From: Paraspadella gotoi | Lineage: Eukaryota > Animalia > Chaetognatha | Length of the DNA stretch: 64,000 nt | Assembly (NCBI GenBank): GCA_051294375.1 | Contig: CM119265.1 | Span: 28,743,359 to 28,807,358, forward strand | Direction: 5' to 3' | Shown: positions 27,029-38,160 of the stretch, in pieces | Position numbering within the stretch: the first letter of the stretch is position 1 | How the letters are laid out: each line of letters starts with the position of its first letter | Made by a program: the position numbers and the translations under genes | The notes under the pieces: model-generated | Seen by the model: only the letters and a program-made list of their open reading frames with translations | Databases searched by the model: none | Told to the model about the DNA's origin: nothing

Positions 27029-28952
27029 TGTTCTTTAAAACATTTTTTAACGACTTTTGAACGTACTTATGAAAACTCGATAAAGGAGAAGCGATGGTGC
27101 GCGTTGCCAGGAAACGGCCGGTTGTTGTTTGCGTCATCGTCGTCGTCGTCGTTCGTCGATGCCTCTATGCAAATTCTCGAATCTCGATCGCGTTTCTCTC
27201 CCGCGGTGTTTGCGTTTCCATGACGACAGAGTTGGCGTTAGAAAAGCAGTTTACTCTTCCGACTTTTCGAGTCAATTTAGATACTTTTTGAATTTACTAC
27301 GCGACTGACATAAATTTTATATTGGTTGTACCAATTTCATTCATTGATTGCATATCATGATCATAATGTTCGCATCCTTTACTATGTTCGCATCTGCGGT
27401 TGACTTTGTTTGTATATCCGGTGAATAATGTTTGCACATCGGATTTGTGAGACGTCCTGTTTGCATAACCGAGATTTCTCGCTCTCGTGTTTGCATGGAC
27501 GAGATTGTATACACGTGCGATCAAACGAAAACTTTGGTTATTGAGAAACATTAAAGTTTGTTTGACGTCGTAGTACGAACGTCTTAGCGTAAGATTATGA
27601 GTACTAAAGGTTTAATCAATTTAAACTTGTTATTTTATAATGTGAAATTAGAGCGATTAACGAAAATGGGGACAAAAAAATGTATTAATCGGATTTACCA
27701 CTTGTTCTTTTAAGGCCAAATTCTCAAAAAATCCCACTTAATTTGAAATTAAAATTTTAAAATAATTTTCTTTTAAAAGTTTTGTACACATAAAGTTTAT
27801 ATATAAAAAAAAATTTTTTCCCTAAAAATTTTCATCCGGAAAATTGTTATGATCGCCATTTTTTCGCGCGCGCAAAAGTTATAAAAAAAAGTGTGAGCGC
27901 ATAAAAAAAAAGAAGAAAATTTAAAGCGCATTTGTGCGTACGGAATGGAAGTTTATATTTTCATTCTCGAGCAGAATTGAGTTACGTTCGTACGTTCGTG
28001 TGCGCATCCGGTGCGCGCAAACGCCGGAGGCGATCGCACGTCGTCACACGCAATCGTTTGCACGAACGTTGACGACAATAAATGTTAATGTTGTGACCTA
28101 AATCTGGAAATGGAGGGAATGGGGGAGAGGGAGGAAGGGAGGNNNNNNNNNNNNNNNNNNNNNNNNNNNNNNNNNNNNNNNNNNNNNNNNNNNNNNNNNN
28201 NNNNNNNNNNNNNNNNNNNNNNNNNNNNNNNNNNNNNNNNNNNNNNNNNNNNNNNNNNNNNNNNNNNNNNNNNNNNNNNNNNNNNNNNNNNNNNNNNNNN
28301 NNNNNNNNNNNNNNNNNNNNNNNNNNNNNNNNNNNNNNNNNNNNNNNNNNNNNNNNNNNNNNNNNNNNNNNNNNNNNNNNNNNNNNNNNNNNNNNNNNNN
28401 NNNNNNNNNNNNNNNNNNNNNNNNNNNNNNNNNNNNNNNNNNNNNNNNNNNNNNNNNNNNNNNNNNNNNNNNNNNNNNNNNNNNNNNNNNNNNNNNNNNN
28501 NNNNNNNNNNNNNNNNNNNNNNNNNNNNNNNNNNNNNNNNNNNNNNNNNNNNNNNNNNNNNNNNNNNNNNNNNNNNNNNNNNNNNNNNNNNNNNNNNNNN
28601 NNNNNNNNNNNNNNNNNNCTTCTCTCCTCTTTTCCTTTTAACTCCTCGTGTTTCTTCTTCCAACTTCCTCCCTCAACTCGCCGTCCGCCTTTTGCACCCA
28701 AGGGAGAATTATTACAATGAGATTAATTTTTATGGCTGCTTCTCTCTCTCTCTCTCTCTCATGCTCGTCAGTCACTCCCTCTCTACTCGTCGCTCGCGGT
28801 CTGTCTCTCGTTCATTACGTCTCTCTCTTTCCCTTTCCTCATCTACGTCGTGGCCATTTATCTACGTTCTACATTTGGCCACTACGAAAAAGATTGAGGA
28901 GAGAGAGAAAAAAGAAGAGAGAGAGAGAGAGAGAGAAGAGAGGAGAGAGAAG

Positions 28953-28984
<32 letters not shown>

Positions 28985-29107
28985 CCTACAACTATCCACG
29001 GAATACGTAGAAATGCTTGTGAACGACCATATGTTTCAATGTTTTCAAGTAAAAAATCTCAAAGACGAAAAGAACCTTTTTCTTCCGATGAGAATAAAAA
29101 TTGGGAC

Positions 29108-29154
<47 letters not shown>

Positions 29155-30204
29155 TACTCCAGTCCCTTCCCTCTGAACGATCGTTCGGGGGCGTTTTTGA
29201 TGACCTCGTTAATATCGACTTCGTTATTTGCGGAATCTCGTTAATATCGAACTCGTTATTGGCGAATGGAAGAGGGAAAAAAACTGAAAGAGTCAGCGAA
29301 TTGCGTTTTGTTTGTTTTGATGTCGTTGTCATTGGCCGAACTGACATCAATGGACGACAAAAATGACAATCTGCAATAACCGAGAGAAAAACTAAAACAT
29401 TGCTGGACGACCATTGGCTTTTAGAAACAGCATCAGACAACAATGACCAATGACAAAGCAGATGAAGGCCGAAGAACATGGTCGAGGAAGACGATGACGA
29501 CGACGACGACGACGACGATGACGACGACGACGAGTTCAAGGCCGAAAGCGATTCTCTCGTTTTCTTCCTCCGAAAATGGAAATCGTCTTTTATGGTCACA
29601 ACCGATTTCGACATAAAAAAGGAGATTTGGGTGAAAGAAAAGAAAGGGAGGGAAAGAGAGGGAGTTGGGAAGGAAAGGAGAGGANNNNNNNNNNNNNNNN
29701 NNNNNNNNNNNNNNNNNNNNNNNNNNNNNNNNNNNNNNNNNNNNNNNNNNNNNNNNNNNNNNNNNNNNNNNNNNNNNNNNNNNNNNNNNNNNNNNNNNNN
29801 NNNNNNNNNNNNNNNNNNNNNNNNNNNNNNNNNNNNNNNNNNNNNNNNNNNNNNNNNNNNNNNNNNNNNNNNNNNNNNNNNNNNNNNNNNNNNNNNNNNN
29901 NNNNNNNNNNNNNNNNNNNNNNNNNNNNNNNNNNNNNNNNNNNNNNNNNNNNNNNNNNNNNNNNNNNNNNNNNGAGTAAAGGAGGGGAGGAAAAGGGAGG
30001 AAAAGGAGAGGGAGGTGGGGAAGAAAGGAGAGGAAATAGAGGAGAGAAGAGAAGTGGGGAGAAAAGGGAGGAAAGTAGGGACAAAGATGTTATGTGCAAT
30101 ACGGAGTCAAAGAACTTTGCCCAAAATATGGGTGTATAAAATAGGAAAGGAGGAAGAAAAAGGAAAAAAAGGAAAGAAAAGGAAAGAAATAAGAAAAAAG
30201 TGAA

Positions 30205-30480
30205 ATTAAGAAAAGTTGAGGAGAAAATAAAAAAAGGAGGAAAAAAAGAGGAAAGTTGGGATAAAAATAAAGAAAAAAGGAGGGAAAAAAAGAAAGTTTG
30301 GGAGAAAATAAAGAAAAAAGAAGGAAAAAAAGAGGAAAGTTGGGATAAAAATAAAGAAAAAAGGAGGGAAAAAAAGGAAAGTTTGGGGGAAAATAAAGAA
30401 AAAAGGAGGAAAAAAAGAGGAAAGTTGGGGAGAAAATAAAGAAAAAAGGAGGACACAAACAAGAAAGTTGGGGAGAAAAA
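30205..30480. repeat. Purine-rich minisatellite (gaaagttggg..aaaataaagaaaaaaggagg.., ~40-bp units)
   Basis: Recurrent 'gaaagtt(t)ggga' spaced ~40-45 bp apart. Confidence 0.8.
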
Positions 30481-31286
30481 ATACAAATTAGAAGAAAAAT
30501 AGACTAATTAGAGAAGTTTAGGATAAAAGAAAAGACAATTAGAGAAGTCTAGGAGAAAAGAAAAGACGCGTTCAAGTGGAAAGAAAAAAAAGAGGAAGTC
30601 ATTGAACGGAAATCTCTCTCGCCGGATTTGTCGGCCGGGATTTTCTGTCGGCCGGAATAATGTCGGCAATTTCGAAAAAAACAATAGATGAGAGGAAACG
30701 GCGAAATATATTTGCTCAATTCGAAACTATTTAAACTCATTTGCATATTTTAGTCGCGGGGTGGAAGTGTTTCTTTTTTTTTATATTATACTATAATAAG
30801 ATTCTAGCTCACTTTACATGATTGATTTGTACTATAAACAGACTGGATTATTCTAGATTTAAGGATATTTACCAATTATTTAAGAATATCAAACTTGGGT
30901 CCGTTACGTATGATAATTTAGAAACACTTTTGAAAGAGAGAGAGAAATGAGAGAAGCAAATTTAATCGTCTCACGTCGTGAAGAAATATCACACGCGATC
31001 TTGACGCGTATGCACGCCATTCTCACTAACGAGAGAGAGAGATGGCTGCAAATTGACGACAGGGCAGGAAAATTAAATGAGGAAATGGTGTCAATGAGCA
31101 ATTGGCAAAGAAAGTAATTTCTGTCCATTTTGTTTATCTGAAATTTAAATTTTTAAATAAGAGAAGTCAAGAATATCTAGCCTCGTCTTCTCCTTCTATC
31201 ACTGTGACCCGATAAATACATATTTCGAATTGTTCATAAATCTTATATAATCAATAATATAATATATATATTATCAATATCTGATA

Positions 31287-32556
31287 ATTCTTTGAAATAT
31301 TCTTTTGAAAATATTTCCACTTCATTGATAGGAAGCAGTACCTGGATGAATAATACGAGACTGTAAAAGTCTTAGATTGAAAAACTTGCAGGGACTACAT
31401 GATAATCATTATGCTTGTAAGAGTATGAGGCTTAAACCAATCCAAAAAAGCCTGTCCAAAAGTCAGGGCAGATAGCTTATTGTATTAAATTGAATGGATA
31501 TTTTATATATTAGTTGTACCAATTTCATAAAAATATCCAGGCTACCTTAGTATTTTGATGCATAGTGGCGGAGGTAACAACTAAGTATTCCCGATCTAAT
31601 ACTTGGAGAGTGGGTCTTTTAGCATTACAAATTGAAACATTTTTGAAATATTTCCACTTCATTGATAGGAAGCGAGGTACTACTGGGAAGTGAATAAACG
31701 AGAACTGTGAAAGAGTCTTTGATTGAAAACTGCCAAGAACCTGCTATGTCATTAATCATTAGTTAAAAGAGTGATAAGGAGCCTTAAACCACCAAAGCTT
31801 GTCCAAAGTCGGGCAAGGATAGCTTTAATTATATAATGAATGGATAATTTTTATATTGTTGTACAATTTCACTAAAAATTCAGCTCCTTGTAATTTGATG
31901 CTAGATGCGCGAGTAACATAAGTATGTCCCCGATCTAAATACGTTAGGATGGTATTTTCCGATACAATGAAACATTCTTAGAAATATTTCCATCATTGAT
32001 AGGGAAGAGCACAGAGTACTCTGGGAGTAAAGAATAAACGAGACTAATATGAAAGAGTCTTGATTGAAACTTACAGGGACTGCTAATGTTCATTATTCTT
32101 GTTAAGAAGATGATAGGAAAGGCCTATACAAACCTAACCACCCTGCCAAAGTCAGGGGCAAGAATAGACTTTTTATTAAATGATGATAATTTTTATATAC
32201 TAAGTTGTACCAATTTCATAAAATTCATGCTCCTATAGTATTTTTGAACTGCAGTCGCGATACAATAATTTCCCGATCTATACTTTAGGGAATGGGCATC
32301 TTTTCATACAATTGAGACATTCTATTGAAAATTTAAATTATCCACTTCATTGATAAGGGAAGCAGGTACTCTGGAGTGAAAAACGAGACTGTGAAAGAGT
32401 CTTGAAATGAAAACTTGCAGGGACCATGCTAATGATTATATCTTGTAAGAGTGATGGAGGCCTTAAAACCACCAAAGCTGATCCAAGTCAGGCAAGATAA
32501 GCTATATGTAGATTAATGAAATGGATAATTTTTATATTGGTTATACAATTTCATAA
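31287..32556 (+). mobile_element. Tandem array (~3.7 units) of the ~320-bp repeat in ribozyme-sense orientation
   Basis: The unit end 'ttgtaccaatttca' recurs at ~31514, ~31858, ~32204 and ~32540. Each unit has a noisy 'aagagtgatggaggccttaaaccaccaaagcctgtccaaagtcaggggcaagata'. Confidence 0.9.
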
Positions 32557-32844
32557 TAACGTTAAAATTTTAAATATTGCTAACCAGAAAACACTTTTTA
32601 TATATAGTAAAAATAAAGCAAAACAAAATTGGATGGTCAAAGTGACCATTTCCACCAATCACAGATCGCAATTGAAGATTCTATTAAAAATGAAAATCTG
32701 GCAGTGGATCCTGAATATTTTTTTAGAATTTAGTTTGTGAAATCAAAATAAAACGAACATTAGTAAAGAGAATCACCGACAGCAACATATTTATGAAAAT
32801 TATATGGTGGCATATGATACCGCACCACTATAACATAAACATAA

Positions 32845-33375
32845 TACAATTTTTATACAAATTTTATTCTTTTATGAAGTCTAAGTAAAAGTGCATTCGT
32901 ACGAGACACGAGAAGTAAAGATCAGCAGGCCCGCATCAGCAAGCGCGTTAAAAATCGAGACGCGAAATAAATCGAGACGCCGAGACGGATTAAAATGAGA
33001 ATAGACGCGGGCGGCGGGACCATTATACCAAACGGTGCGGCCGTCATCACCACGGTCGATCGTCTCTCTCTCTCTCTCTCTCTCACTCATCTCTAAAGAT
33101 ATCTTTCATCTCTCTCTCGCTCTATCTCTGATCTCTCTCTCNNNNNNNNNNNNNNNNNNNNNNNNNGAGAGAGAGAGACGATCGACCGGGTGATGACGCC
33201 GCCCGGGTATAATGGCGCCGCGGCGTCTATGCCTCATTTTATCCGTCGGCGTCGATTTTATTTCGGCGTCGATTTTCGGCGCGTTGCTGATGCGGTGCTG
33301 ATCTTTAGTCTGCGGTGCCGATACGAATCAACTTTACTTGAAACTTCAAAAGAATCAAATTTGTAAAAATTGTAT
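32845..33375. repeat. Short inverted duplication centred on the 25-N gap 33142-33166
   Basis: 'ccgtcatcaccacggtcgatcgtctctc' vs 'gagagacgatcgaccgggtgatgacg'. Confidence 0.88.
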
Positions 33376-33640
33376 GTATGTATGTATAGACGATATTTGA
33401 TTATCAAACTTTTTAAAAATTTTTACGTACATAGGGACGAAATCTGGGTCAGAGAGAGAGAGAGAGAGAGAGACTTGAACTCTAGGAATAATGAAGAATT
33501 GATACATTCGTCAGACCAGTTAGTTCAGGCTGTAATGAGTTACGACCCTAACGCAATTATTTCTGAAAATCATATCAAGAGTAGAGTACTCAGTACTCAG
33601 TAAAGTGGAGCGATGAAAAGATTGAGCGATTGAACATTGA

Positions 33641-33680
<40 letters not shown>

Positions 33681-34452
33681 TTCGCCAAACGTCAGGAATA
33701 TTTTGAGGACAACAAAGGCCGAGTCGTGAATCGAAGTTGTAACATCGCCTCTTACATTTAGTCACCGCTACTTTTCCGCTCTCTCTCTTTCTATGGAAAG
33801 AGCAAATTATAAATAAAAAAATAATAAGCTAAACTAGAAACTTTAAATATCATAAATCATGTCACCTTGATTTTTCTCATTTAAACTCTAGTCAAAAGAA
33901 CCGTAAGTATAAGACTTCTCAGGGAAGGAAGGCTCTCTCTCTCTCTCTCTCGTCTCTTCTCGAATCTTCTCTCTTTCCTCTCTCTCTTCTGATGATGTAA
34001 CATAGTAAAAATCCATTCGATTTAAATCGAAAAAAAAATGAGGCCGGTCAGGCGGCGCCGCGGCGTAGAAAACCCGCGATCCTGGCGGCTCTGCAATGCG
34101 TCCCTGCGGTGCCATCCGGCGTTGTCGACGGCGCCCGGCGTCGCGGGACCCGAAGATCCGGCGTGAAAAGGAAAAATACACCCGTAAGTTTTGGAGGGAG
34201 TGAGGGAGAGAGGGAGGGAGAGAAGGGGGAGGGAGGAAGGGAGGGGAAGAGGGAGAGGAAGAAGAGGAGAAGGAGAGAAGAGAGGAAAGAAGGAGATAGA
34301 GGGAGGGAGAGGGGGAGAGAGAGAGGAAGAAGAGGAGGACAGGAGGAGAGGAGAGAAGAAGAGGGAGGGAGGGAGAGGGAGGGCAAGAAGAGGAGTAGAG
34401 AGAGGAAAGAAGGAGATGGATAAGTGCAAGACAAAAGAGAATTGTCGTCGGG

Positions 34453-34498
34453 CATTGCATAAGTTCATTGCATTGCATTGCATTGCATTGCATTGCAT
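34453..34498. repeat. (CATTG)n pentanucleotide microsatellite
   Basis: Direct reading. Confidence 0.95.
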
Positions 34499-34536
34499 AA
34501 GTTCACCTCGTCTTTCAGCATGTCATCTTCAGTCGT

Positions 34537-34609
34537 GACCCTCTGGCTCATTGAGTAATACCATAAGCTCATGACCATAAGGTACCGGGATCGATTCCAA
34601 ATGCTTTTT
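34537..34609 (+). pseudogene. Degenerate tRNA-Met(CAT)-like sequence or SINE head
   Basis: A-box-like TGGCTCATTG, anticodon-loop-like CTCATGA, AAGGT variable region, T-loop GGATCGATTCC (ATCG as in eukaryotic initiator tRNA), then TTTTT. The acceptor stem does not pair. Confidence 0.45.
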
Positions 34610-34610
34610 A

Positions 34611-34757
34611 CACTGCGGAAAGCTTGAGGACAGCCATGGGGCCCTTGACTGAATACCCCCAAGCCTGGTTCCAAGCCCAGGACCCGTTCCATGGATGCAT
34701 TGGGGTTTAAGAAGTTGCGGATAGCACTCTTTAGCCCACTTAGCTCTCTATCCACTG
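34611..34757 (+). mobile_element. Short interspersed repeat family 2 (related copies at 43221-43380 +, 48337-48527 -, 51760-51950 -)
   Basis: Shared 'gcctg(g/t)ttccaagcccaggac(c/t)cgttccat' and 'cggatag..tc.t.agcc.acttagc....tatccac' in different flanks. Confidence 0.75.
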
Positions 34758-35076
34758 TATTAATACTTCAGTAAGTTTTTAAAAAAGAGATTAGCAGTAT
34801 TTGAACATAAATTGGAGGTGGGAAGTTTTGACGCGCGTTCACCTGTTGACGGATCGTCATGTTTGCTTGTCTAATTGCTTGCTTTTGCTCTTTGTTAGCT
34901 TGTTAGTAAATAGCTATCAAAATTTATATGCTTAAGCATCAGAGTATCGCAGTATTTTAACTTTTCTTTCAACATCTTTCCTCAATGCAACACTTCTCCT
35001 TTTTCCTTCTCGTTTCTCATCAAAATAATCGCCTCTGTTCCTCACACAATTTTTTTCTCTCTTCAATCGTACCTCA

Positions 35077-35135
<59 letters not shown>

Positions 35136-35227
35136 CTCTTCTTCCTCCTCTTCCTCCTAGGCACTTCCAGGCTCCGTCTTGCCATGGTGCGATTCTGCGC
35201 TCGGCGACAGTCTGGCGGGCGACAACG

Positions 35228-35545
35228 CCCGGGAAGGGGAAAGAGTGGAACCTGTGAGGTTATGCGGAAAGAGTAGAATTTGTGATGTGGGAAGAGTGGA
35301 ACCTGTGAGATCATGAGGAAAGATTAGAATCTGTGATGTGAGAGAAGGAAGAGTAGAAGAGTGGAAACTGTGACGTGAGATGGAAAGAGTGTGAACTGGA
35401 AGGATATTTAAGGATGTGAGACGGAAAGAGTGGAACCTGGAATGTGAGGTGGAAGTGTGGAACCTGTAAAGTGATATGGAATGAGTAGAAAAAGTGATTT
35501 AATGTGGAATTGTGGAACCTGTGATGTGGTGTGAAAGAGTGGAAA
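35228..35545. repeat. ~24-27-bp minisatellite (gaaagagtggaacctgtgatgtg)
   Basis: About 12 degenerate tandem units. Confidence 0.85.
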
Positions 35546-36194
35546 ACCGTCGCTTGAAATTTAAACATTAAACTGAGTCGTTTCGTTCTTTACAATTTTA
35601 CATTTTTAAATTAAATAACTGCATCAAAATCGTTCACAAAATTCACGCTGCAATGTCCTCACGGTTCTACTTCAGCCGCCGCCGCCGCCGCTCATCCGCC
35701 TGCCGCTGCCAAGATTTCTTCCGCAGCTTTTGCCGCGTTCGACGCGGCAGCAGCAGCGGCGGAGATTCAGTCGCTCCGCTGCCTCAGCAGACGCCGCCCG
35801 ACGCCTCGGCTGACGTCGCGGCTGCTGCGAGCGACAGAGAGGCGTCGCCACAACGACGCCAGTAGAAGAGAGACAGCGATGGAACGACGACGACAGTGGT
35901 GGAATTGTGAGAGTGATGGAATCGTGACAGCGAATGATGTGTGATGGAATTGTAATAGTAGTGGAGAGTGTGACGTTATCCTAATGAAAAAATTATCACT
36001 AATGTTCTTTTTATCATAAATTAAGAAGGAGAGAGAGAGAGAGAGAGAGAGAGTGAGAGAGAGAGAGAGATGAGAGAGAGATGAGAGAGGAGGAGAGAAG
36101 ATGAGAGAGAGCATTTACAATTGACAAAGAAGGCGTGATGCTTTCCTCTCACTTTTCAATACATTGATTCCTTACGGGAAATTGGCTCGGAGAT

Positions 36195-36263
36195 AAAAAA
36201 AAGAGGCAAGAGGGAGATTCGAACTCGGGACCAAATATTGCAAAAGTGATTATAATCACTTAA
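36195..36263 (-). pseudogene. tRNA 3'-half remnant (GCA triplet, Cys-like) with oligo-T
   Basis: The minus strand reads cttttGCAatatttGGTCCCGAGTTCGAATCTCcctcttgcctcTTTTTTTT, containing a canonical B-box GTTCGAATC. The 5' half is missing. Confidence 0.5.
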
Positions 36264-36284
36264 ATTTTGAAAAGGAAAATGGAT

Positions 36285-36502
36285 CTACTGCATTAGCTGG
36301 TTTTACAGGGCACCACACCCGCAGCTGTGCCACCTCGTGGTGACAAGGAGACAGGATGTAAATGTAGTCAGAGGTTTGAATCTGTCAACAGGCCTAAGCC
36401 GCAGGCGGGTACCCGGTCCATCCCACTTTCTACATGACAAGCTCAGGGCTTGAACGAAGGTTATTATTGGGGTAGTGCAGTAGTACACTGAGCCACTGAG
36501 GC
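36285..36502. mobile_element. GC-richer SINE-like island: tRNA-like head on the minus strand (36441-36502) and HDV-ribozyme-like motif on the plus strand (36308-36409)
   Basis: Minus strand: GCCTCAG-TGGCTCAGTG...GTTCAAGCC-CTGAGC. Plus strand: GCC-ACCTCGT-GGT...GG...GACAGG/TCTGTC...CTAA. Single copy in this window. Confidence 0.35.
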
Positions 36503-36585
36503 GTTGCCAAGGAAATAGTTTTAATCCATCTGTGGCGATAGAACAACCAAACTACGACCTTTACATTTTATAAAAAAAATAAATT

Positions 36586-36666
36586 AGCTATCTTGGTCCT
36601 GGCATCCATCACTCTCACAAGATGAAAACATAGCAAGGCCCTGCAAGTTTTCTATCTAGACTCACA
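36586..36666 (-). mobile_element. Diverged, internally deleted fragment of the ~320-bp repeat
   Basis: 'agctatcttggtcctgg|catccatcactctcacaagatgaaaacatagcaaggccctgcaagttttctatctagactc' matches the consensus but lacks ~27 nt of the motif core. Confidence 0.75.
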
Positions 36667-36870
36667 ATTTAATTTATGTCTTTCATAATCAAAATTTAAT
36701 TTATGTCTTAAAAAATCAAAATTGCTGTTTATATTCGATACTTTTATAAGATTTGACCCAAAAAAGGAATGGAAGTTGTGGGTAAGTCATCCCTGTGAGA
36801 GAGAATCGGTCTTAAGGAAAAATCTCCCGTGGCTGGAATCGTTTTGACGTGCTAACCCATTACCTGCATG

Positions 36871-36923
<53 letters not shown>

Positions 36924-37441
36924 ACGCTCACGCACACTGGGTGTTTATGTTCTGCAAAGAGGGAGAGAGAGAGAGAGACAGAGAGAGACAGTGATGGAAC
37001 ACATTTGATAGTTAAACAACAACCGTTCTTCTTTCATTATTAACTTAAATTAATAACAAACATATTTTTCCAACTTTGTTGGTCGTTAGAATAAACACGT
37101 GAGGACAAAAACATTGAAATAATTGACACAATGGAAGATGACTTACTTGACAATTTAGTAATTAATTAATTAATTAAATTATTATCAACATTAAATAATT
37201 GACACAATAGAAGATGACTTACTTGACAATTAATTCCTTATATGGTCGAGCCTGATCCTAAATTTAAAAGTAAAAATAGGATAAAATAATATTTAAAATT
37301 ATATAACATTCCGAGGAATTGATTTTCCAATGTTTACATTTGTAGATTTATTTAAAAAAATTGTAAAGATTGAATATCAAAAATATATTGAAAGAAAAAT
37401 AAAGTACTGATTTTGTTTTCTTTTGTATTCGTCAAAAAAGC

Positions 37442-38160
37442 NNNNNNNNNNNNNNNNNNNNNNNNNNNNNNNNNNNNNNNNNNNNNNNNNNNNNNNNNNN
37501 NNNNNNNNNNNNNNNNNNNNNNNNNNNNNNNNNNNNNNNNNNNNNNNNNNNNNNNNNNNNNNNNNNNNNNNNNNNNNNNNNNNNNNNNNNNNNNNNNNNN
37601 NNNNNNNNNNNNNNNNNNNNNNNNNNNNNNNNNNNNNNNNNNNNNNNNNNNNNNNNNNNNNNNNNNNNNNNNNNNNNNNNNNNNNNNNNNNNNNNNNNNN
37701 NNNNNNNNNNNNNNNNNNNNNNNNNNNNNNNNNNNNNNNNNNNNNNNNNNNNNNNNNNNNNNNNNNNNNNNNNNNNNNNNNNNNNNNNNNNNNNNNNNNN
37801 NNNNNNNNNNNNNNNNNNNNNNNNNNNNNNNNNNNNNNNNNNNNNNNNNNNNNNNNNNNNNNNNNNNNNNNNNNNNNNNNNNNNNNNNNNNNNNNNNNNN
37901 NNNNNNNNNNNNNNNNNNNNNNNNNNNNNNNNNNNNNNNNNNNNNNNNNNNNNNNNNNNNNNNNNNNNNNNNNNNNNNNNNNNNNNNNNNNNNNNNNNNN
38001 NNNNNNNNNNNNNNNNNNNNNNNNNNNNNNNNNNNNNNNNNNNNNNNNNNNNNNNNNNNNNNNNNNNNNNNNNNNNNNNNNNNNNNNNNNNNNNNNNNNN
38101 NNNNNNNNNNNNNNNNNNNNNNNNNNNNNNNNNNNNNNNNNNNNNNNNNNNNNNNNNNNN
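37442..38160. other. Largest assembly gap; one of more than 25 N-runs, several exactly 25 N
   Basis: 25-N gaps include 9933-9957, 15731-15755, 33142-33166, 45605-45629 and 49028-49052. Confidence 0.98.

Noticed and set aside
28110-30486. Long ORFs (418, 296, 241 aa) and other X-containing ORFs such as 37413-38537
   Set aside because: They are read-through of N gaps and AG/GAC microsatellites.
36778-36866. Another HDV-like motif (TCA-TCCCTG-TGA … GCTAA)
   Set aside because: P1 and P2 cannot be formed consistently.
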